From Laetmonice hystrix (Eukaryota): a stretch of 64,000 nucleotides of DNA. Under the pieces are notes generated by a model. That model worked only from the letters and a program-made list of their open reading frames with translations. It made no database searches and was not told where the DNA came from. Positions within the stretch are counted from its first letter, which is position 1; the number at the start of each line of letters is the position of its first letter. The stretch is from contig OZ249436.1 of the NCBI GenBank assembly GCA_965235115.1, forward strand, positions 41,294,001 to 41,358,000, given 5' to 3'. The position numbers and the translations under genes were made by a program. Below are positions 1 to 12,749 of the stretch, piece by piece.

Positions 1-14
1 GAACTTCTTCGTAG

Positions 15-3000
15 ATTGCACGGTTTGCCAGAAAGTGGGCTTTCGCATTCGTATCGCTCTACACTGGTGTGGCACCGGCAGGAACCACCTTCCAAGTTGT
101 CAAGGTAACATAAACAAACCTGTACCTGTCAAGGTCTGATTTATGGGTATCGTCACCTGATAAATATAATCAACTCAAAAAAGGTTTAGAAATTCGTTGT
201 CAGTCACCCACATCTCGGTTATTTGTCACCTGGTCATATCATGTCACATATCAATAGAACGAGCATTCATTTCTGTTCACAACGACACTAATCACTTATT
301 TGAGGGCTCAGCAACTCACAGCAACCCACAGTAAATGCGGGTAAGGTCTCAAACAAAATCTGCCAAATTTGTCATTATCTGTGCTCAACAGAATAACCAA
401 CCCTCTATTAGTAACAATCAGCTCTTTATCAGTAACAGCCAGACAGTGACAGGGTTTTCTTTTAAAGGTGGGGTACGATCACGGTGTGACTCGTGCCTAC
501 ACCCTGCTCGGACTTGGCGCTGTCTGGTTCCTGGTGCTTTTCTCTACTTGGGTCCTCCTGCCCAAATACAAGGTCCTCCTGCCGGTCTCAGCCACGTCAG
601 ACAGACAAGGGGACTCGGGTATCTTATCAATAAGGTTTTGCTGTTAACCCCACGGACAAAAATACATGTATCAATATTTATGCAGTTATTTATGCAGTGT
701 TGGTTCTGATTTTCTGAGATTTAAAAAAGAATCGTGGATTTGAAATTGTGCCCACCTAACATTACGTGCTATAATTACCGGTCTGAAAATCATACAGTGT
801 CAGTCCCACGGGGTGAAACTTTACAGGTAAATCTGGGAGCGTGGTGAAGAATGACCAAAATGAACAGGTTGTGGTAGGAGCAAAGGGCTCGCATCCTCTG
901 GAAGATATGACCCACAATGAACAGAACAAGAAAGAGAAGGTGACCTTGCGAGCGTGCGTGTTCTCACCACTGTACATATGTTTCCTGCTATGGTTTGTTT
1001 CACTACACGTTCGGAATCACATGTTTGTCAACGTTTTCACAGCCTGGATCACTGAGGTGGTTCAGGGGGACATCAACAAAGGTAGTGTGGTCATGAACTT
1101 CTGTGGGGATAAGGGCCTTGGTGAGAATGATTCTCTGTCCCCACCCCTGGCTGTTTGTAAGAGGCAACGAATGGGGCTAGGGCTGGTGTGGTGAAATGGT
1201 CGAGTGTCGGATTGCAGTATCATCTGTGTGGCACAGATCGATTTCCGGTCTTTCAATACAAATTCTCTCACTGGGTTTCAGTGAAATCACTAATTGTTTG
1301 TGGTTGTTTTATTCTTTCTATATAGTAAGTTACTACACAAACGTCCTGGCCTACACTTTCATGGCGGGAATTCCTCTCGCTCCTATCCCGGGAACTATCA
1401 TCGATTACGGACGTAATCATCTCACAGGTGAGTCAAATCAAATATTCAATTATTTATTATATGCGCATTCCATCTACCAGTGCCATTCATGGGGAGGGGG
1501 TGCCATGCGGTGGTCCATATGGAACACGTGTTCCATACGAACTGATTGGGGCGATGCAACGTTAAGGGTTTTGTGTCAATTATTTCATATAGATTTTACA
1601 AATTGGTGATACTGCTTGTAGTCTGGTAATTATGTTCCATGGCACTGCCTACTTGCCTGATTGGATTTCGGGAATATTTTTTTAAAATATTTAAAAAACA
1701 GCAAATATGGAATGACGTGTGTCTTTTCCTAGACCTGCAGCCCACCTACCCGATAGAGTTTTAGCCGGGCGACTTTACACCCTTTTCACAGAACGCGAGA
1801 CTATAGCCACAATCACGTGATCATGTCACCTGTTACAACGCTGCAATATCTGCAGGTCAGACATTCCCGCTGGCGGAAAGCAGCGTTGTTTTTGAGTGTT
1901 CCCGACAAGAAATGTGGAATGTGAAGGTGACAGTGCATTTCGCTGCTGTCTGTTTACAATACATACGTATATTAAACCTAGGAAGTATCCTCGGGACGGA
2001 AGGTGCATAGATTTTAACAAGGTAAGCGTGAAACCAGGCCGAACTGGCTTCCCGGAACGCTCAACCAGGTTGACATGATTCCTTTAACTATGAGGTCCTG
2101 TGGAAGCGCCGGAACATGTATTATAAATTATGCTATAGGCTGTTCCAATAGCAAGCCCCATCCCCTCAGTTTACTACCACTAATTGTGAGCACCGTGTAG
2201 AAAAATGGGGGGAGGGTGTCCACTTAAAAAGTACAGGCCAGGCACACAGGCGTGGAATTCTAAGCAAGTTAAAAAAGATTTGAACACAATTGGTGCTCAA
2301 ATAGTTAAGATATAAGCACTTTAGTGCCCGAGCCTGCTTCGAGCCTGCCCAGCTGGTGGAGGCCGCCATTAGCGTCTGCTCCTTGGGCTAATCTCAAACT
2401 GCGCATGCTCGACCTAGGCCTGTCCAATCACAGCACGACTGCTCTCCAGTTTGGGAGGAACTAAAAACTGACGCACCTGTTGTGTTGAGCGACTGAACGT
2501 TGACAGCTTTTTGTTATAGCCATATTTGTTAGAACATATTTGAAAACCATCGATAGTGATGAGGAATTAAGCCTACCGATATCAGGGTAGACACGGATCT
2601 GGGCAGCCGTGGGTTTCGGCCGCCTGCTCGGAGGTGTGATGTTGACGGAGCTCATGCCCACTGGGCCTGGGCCCCACTCTGACTACGACCGGGCTGCATG
2701 AGATCATGGGCAGTGTCAGCACAGACCTGTTGCGTTTAGTTGTGACTGTGACTGTGGGGTGACTGTGACTGTGGGACTGACCCCCATCGATTCGCCCACC
2801 TGCCTCGGCCGCCTTAATTTAGCCTAGTCTAGCCTAGCCCCGACAACCCCGGCCTCAACTGATCAATTCAGCGCATGCTCAATAGATGCAAAGATGGGCA
2901 CAAATGGCTGCGCCGCTGAAGCCAGTGATTTTGACACGGTTGTCATGTTCAACATATGACTTCTTGGAATGGGGGGATATTTATTTCTAACCACTACTCT

Positions 3001-5053
3001 TAAAGGTGAGTATATATAGAGGCCTTGCAGCTGTCTAAATGTGACTTTTGACTGGACTTCTCCTTTAACAAACCGCCCTGTCCCGTGGCACATGGCAGTC
3101 TTGCATTGGTGTGGGAGACTGTCAGACTAAAGAGTGTCCAAATCTATGCAACACTATAAATTATACTTGGCACCCAATTTAATCTCTAAATACATGCAAC
3201 CGCACACATGTAGGCCTAATCCTCTCTTGATCAGTCTTATCTCATGCTTTAGGCCAGACTTAATTAATATTTCGGCTTATAATAAATGCGCATTTTTGGA
3301 CAGAGATCAAGGTCGGCAGGGAGGGGAAAAAAGGATAATTGACTTTCTTTAATCAACGGCTTATTTACATTGACAATTTAAGGTCGGTAGATGGAAAAGA
3401 AATGTATGAATGGGAAGAGTTTCTTGGAGTAGAACAAACAAATCAAGTCATTTGCAAAAATATATTTAATATGAATTTACACAAATTCTGTTTGTGACAT
3501 TGCCCCACAGACAATGTAGCTCTTTTATAGTTAAGCAACTTCAGCATATAAATATGATATTAAAAAGCCCCCGCAACAGAATATTAAAATTTAAAAAAAT
3601 ATCCCAGCAACAGACACTGTCGGCGGGAACAAAATAAATAAAACTGGTCTTGAAAACAAATTCTACCAAATTTCGGGAATCTATGGTCGGCGGGCGTGTA
3701 AACCGAACTATTAAAAAGGTCTGGCCTTATTTTCCCGCTTTTTGAGACTCGACACATCAGCTGGCAATGCCGTAACTATGTATAGACTCTACACGTTATT
3801 TTACGACGGTGGCATATAGTAAGACCAAATAAATAGACTCCCCAAAACATTCGGAAAACACAAACATTTCTCAAAACGACATTTCAAAAACACGCACATA
3901 GCTTCACATTGCAACGGTAAATTACATTGTGAAACGACATTCAGGGAACACATGTAGAATACACAACGGCAAAACACATTGCGAAACGTTTGAAGGGATG
4001 TGTGTGTGTTTTTGAAATGTCGTTTTGAGTTGGCCCTACTATTATTTCATTATTAAACGAATTTTTCTAAGAGAAAATAGATCGTCATATTCTACATTGA
4101 CATCACATAGTCCTATATCTTCATCACATTTGGTGAGCAGGCAGAAATCGTGGAGTGGAGAATGACAAGACGATAGCGGCATTACCTTCCGTACTCTTGG
4201 CCACAGCCATGGCAACAGCTTCCAGTATATCCACACTCTTCTATAACCAAGTGGCCGCATACTCGGCCATAATCTTCATCATACTCTCTGGACACTATAC
4301 CTACTCCACAGCTGCTAACCTACTTAGTCTAGGGTGAGTTAACTTCTTTTCTAACAGATCAGAAGCAATTATTTTTAAATAGATAGATACTATACTGGGG
4401 AGGGGTTGAGTCCATGAGAAATTGGAATGTCGTACTAGTTGAAATTGAAGTCCGTTTTGTTTCAGATTTCCAATGGAACATTATGGTTCACTGTTCGGGT
4501 TGAAGTACTTCCTTGGAGGGATCGGGACTATGACCATGTATGGCTACTTTGCATGGGCTTCAAACAACAAAGGATTTTACACGGTAATTGATTGATATTC
4601 GAGAATGCAATAAATTCTAAATTCATCTCATTTTCGATTACTGATGATACTCTCAAGATCCGTGTTTGCACAAAAGTATTTTCAGAAAAAACAACTGTTA
4701 TTAAAATGTACGTCTGTGTTCAACTTTCTGAAGTACTTAGAAAGTATACTCAATCACCTAGGCCTATGTACAGTATTTTATATGACCTACTAGAGTCTAG
4801 AAGCTGGCGCCCAGCCTATAGAAGGTAGCATACCATGATGAACAACACACATAGTACCACGATTCGTTATGATCTACCATGCCAACTGAATAAATGATGT
4901 TTTTGTATCTATGATGATAAATTCTCCGTGTTTTAGGTTCACGTCTTCCTGCTGGTTACGGTGTTGCTCTCCAATAGTCTCGCTATCGCGATCATTTTCC
5001 GTTTCTGCTGCAGAAGAAAGAGCTCTGATATCGTCTCAAGCACCCGCCTCTAG
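15..5053 (+). CDS. SLC43A3: SLC43-family (SLC43A3/LAT3-like) MFS transporter, 5'-truncated by the window; exons 15-104, 468-618, 827-1081, 1326-1427, 4141-4333, 4466-4583, 4937-5053
   Basis: All introns are GT-AG with compatible phases (0,1,1,1,2,0). Translation: IARFARKWAFAFVSLYTGVAPAGTTFQVVK / VGYDHGVTRAYTLLGLGAVWFLVLFSTWVLLPK / LRACVFSPLYICFLLWFVSLHVRNHMFVNVFTAWITEVVQGDINK / VSYYTNVLAYTFMAGIPLAPIPGTIIDYG / ...YSTAANLLSLG / FPMEHYGSLFGL / VHVFLLVTVLLSN...STRL*. This parallels SLC43A3 motifs (VSTYTNAFA, APWNGLLMD, AFPSEHFGKLFGL). The symbol indicates family likeness, not proven orthology. Confidence 0.88.
3250..3728. mobile_element. MITE in an SLC43 intron
   Basis: Terminal inverted repeats TAGGCCAGACTT...AGGTCTGGCCTTA with imperfect extension; AT-rich non-coding interior. 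Confidence 0.55.
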
Positions 5054-5852
5054 GACGTGATGGCCGTGTCTTTATAATAACTTGTTTTTTTAGCGCTGCA
5101 AAGCTCAAAATTTGTCTTCCGCCTGCAACAAAGTAGGCTTTGTCAAATCGAGTCATCAATGAAGTACAATAGAACGGCATAGTGTTGTCGGCGACGACCT
5201 TTTTATTGCATGGTGTGAAAAGGATGGTCAAACAAGTGTAGTGATAGCATGGAGTGACGAGAATATTCTGCACCCCCAATTATGTGATATGACTTTCGTG
5301 AGGTTAAAGCAAACACCGACATTAATATATCACTATAATAATTATACCATTAGAATGCCAGGTTAGCATAATATACAAAAGGAAATTAAGATGTAAGATA
5401 GCTTTCACAATTGTACATGAAGGGAAAGGTATAAGATCATCCTCCCCCTGGGAAAATTCTTGTGCGTCCCGCATCAAGATTACAAACATAAACGACATAA
5501 TCCCTCATCCCAAAAGCTACTGCTACTAGTTCTGGGAGCGACCGGGGGGAGCTCTCCTCTCTATTTTCGAGCCCCCCATTCTAATTTCGGGCCTCCAGCC
5601 TCCTGTTCCGTTTGGGCTCGACCTTGCGAAACAATCTTGCCCAAATTTACAGGCCTCTTTTCCCCTGTTTGTCCATTCTCTCGGCCTAACTTGGTCTATT
5701 ACAACTCTCTGGCTCTTACTTTTTCTGTGTGTCCCAGCCCATTGCCTGTACCATTCCTGATACTGTGTCAACCAACCTCTCTACTCAGGCGACCCTCAAT
5801 GGACTGCCACTAGGGGGAGGGTCCGCCAGCAGGCTCCGCAATCGTATAATAG

Positions 5853-6046
5853 CAGTGGGGGATCCAGGATTTTGATAAGGGGGCACCAGGATTTTGATAA
5901 GGGGGGCGCCAGGATTTTCATAAGGGGAGGCCACCTACATTTTTTGGGATTTTGACTGTACTAATGCATCTTCATAAAAAAAGAAAACAAGGAAATCTAA
6001 GGGGGGCTGGGGCCCCTAGGCCCCCTGGATCTCCCACGGGTCACTG
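5853..6046. mobile_element. Short MITE of the CAGTGGGGGATCCAGG family
   Basis: Left end CAGTGGGGGATCCAGG, right end CCTGGATCTCCCAC; three internal copies of CCAGGATTTT(G/C)ATAAGGGG. Confidence 0.6.
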
Positions 6047-6757
6047 AATATTTGACGGGGGTAATTGTCGCATTGAAGTGTCCTGCTTCTAGCGATTTCA
6101 TGGTGCTAATCCACATTTAGGTTGGCTTACGGGGTCAACATTGAAAGGGCCTGATGACCGTTTGGTCATCTGACCCATGATTCCTGAAGTAATCACACAT
6201 AAGTAGTCACAAAACGCGAGGTAAATTACCCTAGTGATGCAGGTTTGATTGGTTTCGGTTACCCTCGTAACCGATTCCGCTTACCCTCGTCTTGGACTCG
6301 AACTCTATGGGCTATTTTCTCGGCCTCTACAAACAGCTACGCAAATGCAGCGCATTCAGTACATTTAGCACACGTTTCTTCACATTCTGACTGCCAAAAT
6401 CATGATTCTTACGCCAGATATATAACTGTCAAACGTATCCGTCTCGTACGTTCGCTACAGATAAATGGTTGTGATATCCAAATTTTAACATTTTAACATT
6501 AGATGCTCCTCGCTGTTTTCTTGCATACAACTATTACAGTAGCCATTAATATAAGGACGCGTCATGTTTCATGTTTCCATGCCTTTATTATCCAGGAGGC
6601 ACGCCATACGTTTCGTCTATCATTTACTCCCATATAATCTGTCTCCCCTACATACCATCTGTAAGCGTCCGACAACGTTGTCAGGTCGTCCCAATGGCTA
6701 TTTGCCGTAAAGGTTTAATTACGTCTCCCCCCAGCTGGGGGAGACGTTTTGTTTTGC

Positions 6758-7193
<436 letters not shown>

Positions 7194-8307
7194 ATTTTCT
7201 TCTTTTTGGAATAACTCGGCCACTGTTAGAGAGGGAGTTATCAAATTTGAAATGCCCCGACAGAACCTTCTGAAAAATCTTTGTTTCTACTTATAGTGCC
7301 ATTTGACCTTTGACCTCTTCCGTGGCACGAATGTGCCAACTTGTGCTGTGATCACGATAACGCGAGAAAAATTGCCTGAATCGATCCAAAATTGGTATGT
7401 CGGCCTTCTTTCATCCGGGGCTTGGACAAGTTCGAAAACCAGTTTGGTTGACCTAGAACTTTCAAGATGGCGGCTGATCTAAAAAAAATGGCACGTGCCA
7501 TTTTTTGGCCAAAGCCATAACTCGGAAAATACTGGCTGGAATAACATCCAATTTGGTCAGCAGGGTCATCTATGTGCCAAATTTAGATTTCCCGGAGGAC
7601 ACGTTCGTGTGACCCCAGATGACCTCCGTGTGACCTTCAACATTTTCGAAGTGGTTGGGCGCTTACTTGACATCAGCCCCAAAACAACAGGGGCTAGAAA
7701 CGCCTAATTTGGGGAAAAGACAACTGTGGATATTTTTTCGGGATTTTGCTATTTTTAGCACTTCATGATCTTTGACCTCAGTACCGTGCCAACCTTAGAG
7801 AAGCCTTTTATATCCTCCAAACCCCTTACCGTATCTTTATGAAACTTGGTGGAGAAGAATCTCCAGGTCTTTGCCTACAACCGCTACATTAAGTGTTTTT
7901 CTTTACAGTTAATAGTTTCCGACTTATACGGCTGGAATTGGACCATCTTTCCGACACACAGCCACACAGCGCGTAAACAACTTGTTTCTGATTGGCTGTA
8001 TGCTAATGAGTATCCAGAACTAGCGTGGGAAAAAAAATTCGCCAGCGGGCCCGCTCCCAGTCACTGGCCTGTGCGCCTGTTCTCAGCCGTTGTCCCTGGC
8101 AACCCCCGCCAATCCCCAGTCAGGCGTCCTTCTCAGCCGTGGTAACTCCCCACCAAACCCCTACACGGGCCGGCCGCCCGTCCCCTACCACCGCAGATCA
8201 GAGCCAGATGGGTCCATGGTTCCTATTAAACTCATATGGAAAATCTTATATGAGTTTTCAATTTACGTCAATTTAAATGCTGTCACGTGACCCCATCTGG
8301 CTTAATG

Positions 8308-9140
8308 ACCCTTTTTAGGTAATTTTCAACCAAAGATCAGTGATATCTCGAAAACGGTTAAAGATATCAATGTCTGGGTTTCACCTTTGGGTTTAGGATG
8401 AAAAACTTGACCCATCCTAAGCGAATTTGAAAAATCCAAGATGGCGGCCAAGTTGACCTAATTTCCAATTTCAGCACCATTGGATTGGGTAATAGGTCCA
8501 CTATCTCTGACACCGAGATGGCTCCCCTAAATTCGATATTTTCCATCTTATGGCCCCTCAAAGTTGGCCCTTTTAGGTTATTTTCAACCAAACATCAATG
8601 ATACCTCGAAAACGGTTAAAGATATCAATGTCTGGTTTTGACCATTGGGTTTGGGATAAAAACCTTGACCCATTTTCCCTGAATTTGAAAAATCCAAGAT
8701 GGCGGCCAAGTTGACCTAATTTCCGATTTTAACACCATTGGATTGGGTAATAGGTCAGCTGTCTCTGACATCGAGATGGCTCCCCTAAAATCAATAGTTT
8801 CCAAGTTATGGCTCTTCAAAGTTGGCCCTTTTAGGTCATTGTCAACCAAAAATCAGTGATACCTCGAAAACGGTTACAGATATCAACGTCTGGTTTTCAC
8901 CATTGGGGTTAGGATGGAAAACTTGACCCATTTAAACTGAATTTGAAAAATCCAAGATGGCGGCCAAGTTGACCTAATTTCCGATTTTAAAACCATTGGA
9001 TTGGGTAATGGGTCAGCTGTCTCTGACACCGAGATGGCTCCCCTAAAATCAATAGTTTCCAAATTATGGCTCTTCAAAGTTGGCCCTTTTAGGTCATTTT
9101 CAACCAAAGTTGACCTAATTTCCGATTTTAACACCATTGA
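8308..9140. repeat. 258-bp tandem repeat, about 3 copies, inside the HINE
   Basis: GAAAAATCCAAGATGGCGGCCAAGTTGACCTAATTTCC recurs at 258-bp spacing; the ORF-track entries at 8367, 8625 and 8883 share that spacing. Confidence 0.93.
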
Positions 9141-9334
9141 CTGGTGAATGGATGTGCCCTGGGCACCTCGCAACTAGTTATATCTTTTCTTTCGCATAGA
9201 AAATCTGCCACAGCTATATCATTGCTTTTGCAACACACTACTTTCATACTAATTAGTCCTCTCTCAAAAATTATATGATGTCATTACTGCCAAAAAAGGG
9301 GAGACGTCCTGTTCGGACTGAACAATTTCTAGTT

Positions 9335-11946
9335 AACAATGGCAAATGACGTTGTGCGCCTTTCCTATATCAGATATCCCATCCCCAAGTAACAAAAAGA
9401 TTACATGCAGAGATCTTGCAGGTTAACGCCAGGGTACTGTACTGAAGCGGCATCTCCGACTGCACTGCCACCTTCCGGATACCGGTGGAATCACCACGTA
9501 GACCTCACCGGGCTGGCAGGCACCTGTGGCGCTTTGGGGAGAGAATGATAAGCGAAAAATGGCTACATTTTTGATAAGTCAAATTGAAACTACGCCCCCA
9601 GAATTATGATTCTTAGGCCAGATGTATAACTGTCAAACGTATCCGTCTCGTACGTTCGCTACAGATGAATGGTTGTGATATGTATACTTCCCATTTGAGT
9701 ATCTTCTCCAAATTTTAACATTAGATGCTCCTCGCTGTACTTTTCATTTCCACGACCTCACTTTACTGCTTGCATAGCTACTAAACCAGCCGGTAAGATG
9801 TAGGGACTCCTCACTGTACTGGTTGGCCTCCCACACTGCTTGGCCTCACAGTATACTGTTTGACCTCACTGTACTGTTTGGCCTCATTGTAGGCCAGGCA
9901 GTACCTTGTAGGTATTCCTCACCGTACTGTTTGGCCTCCCTGTACTCTTTGGCCTCACTGTACTGTTTGCTTGTATACAACAGTAGCCAGTAGTATAGGG
10001 ATGTTTCATGTTTCCATGCCTTTATTGTCCAGGAGGCAGGCCATACGTTTCGTCTATCATCTACTCCCATCTAATCGGTGTCCCCTACATACCATCTGTA
10101 AGCGTCCGACAACGTTGTCAGGTCGTCCCAATGGCTGTTTGCCGTACAGGTTTAATTAACATTGGCAAATGACGTTGTACGCCTTTCCTATATCAGATAT
10201 CCCATCCCCAAGTAACAAAAAGATTACATGCAGAGATCTTGCAGGTTAAAGCCAGGGTACTGTACTGAAGCGGCATCTCCGATTGCACTGCCACCTTCCC
10301 GATACCGGTGGAATCACCACGTAGACCTGGCCGGGCTGGCAGCCACCGGTGGCGCTTAGGGGAGAGAAGGTTTATGCAATGATAAGCGAAAAATGGCTAC
10401 ATTTTTGATACGTCAAATTGAAACTACGCCCCCAAAATTATGATTCTTAGGCCAGATGTATAACTGTCTAACGTATCCGTCTCGTACGTTCGCTACAGAT
10501 GAATGGTTGTGATATGTATACTACCCATTTGAGTATCTTCTCCAAAATTTAACATTAGATGCTCCTCGCTGTACTTTTCATTTCCACTACCTCACTTTAC
10601 TGCTTGCATAGCTACTAAACCAGCCGGTAAGATGTAGGGACTCCTCACTGTACTGGTTGGCCTCCCACACTGCTTGGCCTCACAGTATACTGTTTGACCT
10701 CACTGTACTGTTTGGCCTCATTGTAGTGTTTGCTTGGGTACTAGGCCAGGCAGTACCTTGTAGGTATTCCTCACCGTACTGTTTGGCCTCCCTGTACTCT
10801 TTGGCCTCACTGTACTGTTTGCTTGTATACAACAGTAGCCAGTAGTATAGGGATGTTTCATGTTTCCATGCCTTTATTGTCCAGGAGGCAGGCCATACGT
10901 TTCGTCTATCATCTACTCCCATCTAATCGGTGTCCCCTACATACCATCTGTAAGCGTCCGACAACGTTGCCAGGTCGTCCCAATGGCTGTTTGCCGTACA
11001 GGTTTAATTAACATTGGCAAATGACGTTGTACGCATTTCCTATATCATATATCCCATCCCCAAGTACCAAAAAGATTACATGCAGAGATCTTGCAGGTTA
11101 ACGCCAGGGTACTGTACTGAAGCGGCATCTCCGACTGCACTGCCACCTTCCAGATACCGGTGGAATCACCATGTAGACCTGGCCGGGCTGGCAGCCACCG
11201 GTGGCGCTTAGGGGAGAGAAGGTTTATGCAATGATAAGCGAAAAATGGCTACATTTTTGATACGTCAAATTGAAACTACGCCCCCAAAATTATGATTCTT
11301 AGGCCAGATGTATAACTGTCTAACGTATCCGTCTCGTACGTTCGCTACAGATGAATGGTTGTGATATGTATACTACCCATTTGAGTATCTTCTCCAGAAT
11401 TTAACATTAGATGCTCCTCGCTGTACTTTTCATTTCCACTATCTCACTTTACTGCTTGCATAGCTACTAAACCAGCCGGTAAGATGTAGGGACTCCTCAC
11501 TGTACTGGTTGGCCTCTCACACTGCTTGGCCTCACAGTATACTGTTTGACCTCACTGTACTGTTTGGCCTCATTGTAGTGTTTGCTTGGGTACTAGGCCA
11601 GGCAGTACCTTGCAGGTATTCCTCACCGTACTGTTTGGCCTCCCTGTACTCTTTGGCCTCACTGTACTGTTTGCTTGTATACAACAGTAGCCAGTAGTAT
11701 AGGGACACCTCATGTTTCATGTTTCCATGCCTTTATTGTCCAGGAGGCAGGTCATACGTTTCGTCTATCATCTACTCCCATCTAATCGGTGTCCCCTACA
11801 TACCATCTGTAAGCGTCCGACAACGTTGTCAGGTCGTCCCAATGGCTGTTTGCCGTACAGGTTTAATTAACAATGGCAAATGACGTTGTACGCCTTTCCT
11901 ATATCAGATATCCCATCCCTAAGTAACAAAAAGATTACATGCAGAG
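9335..11946. repeat. About 852-bp tandem repeat, 3 near-identical copies plus a partial one; an older diverged partial unit lies at about 6390-6720
   Basis: Units start AACA(A/T)TGGCAAATGACGTTG near 9335, 10158, 11010 and 11869. Each contains a block of about 21-bp subrepeats CTCACTGTACTGTTTGGC. Confidence 0.96.
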
Positions 11947-12749
11947 AAATCAGGAAAGGTGAAACAAAAACAAATTACGGACTTCAGCTCAATTGGAACT
12001 CAGAATTAACTAAATAAAGCGAAATTGCTACAACTCACAATCAGATTGGCCTTCGTGTGACTTATCATTCCCGTCCAAATCAAGATTTGACAACTATAGG
12101 CGTTACATAGGCCTACATCCAATGCCTACCTATAAACACTTTTTGTCGAGCACTTTGTCGAACTCGTCTGACAGGCAATTGGTTCTGAGATCACTTTAAA
12201 CATCCGCGGAGCCATCTATATGGAGAAAATATTGAACAAAAGAACGTGATGTTTTGCAGATTAAGCGTGAAAATAGAGGGTGAATTTATATACCATTCGG
12301 TGGGGTTGTAATTTATGACGTAGGAGATATTTTCTTTGGTTGGTGACTATTTCAATGACGACTACGACCATCGCTACACACAGATTCGATCTGCAACATC
12401 ACGTTGTAGTCTTTTTACATTTCGCGATGTGTCATTGAATTCATCACCACCGCTTTTGGAATAATCTAATTCAACCGGATTATAAAAACTATACATGTGT
12501 CCATATAAAGATCTTTCACACTCGTGAGCTTGTACGTACCTTTACTGAAACAAATATACACAATGCTCGACGTAATTGTGAGAAAGACCGATATTGATGG
12601 CCACGAGTTCTACGGTTACACCAAGCCATTAACAGTGTTTCACAGGCTAGAGATCCGAAAAGGCCTGTTTCTTGAAACATGACTCGGTAATTTGCAAACA
12701 TTGCATTCTAAAATTCACTTAAATCCCGAAGTGTCAAAATCCGAGCTTA

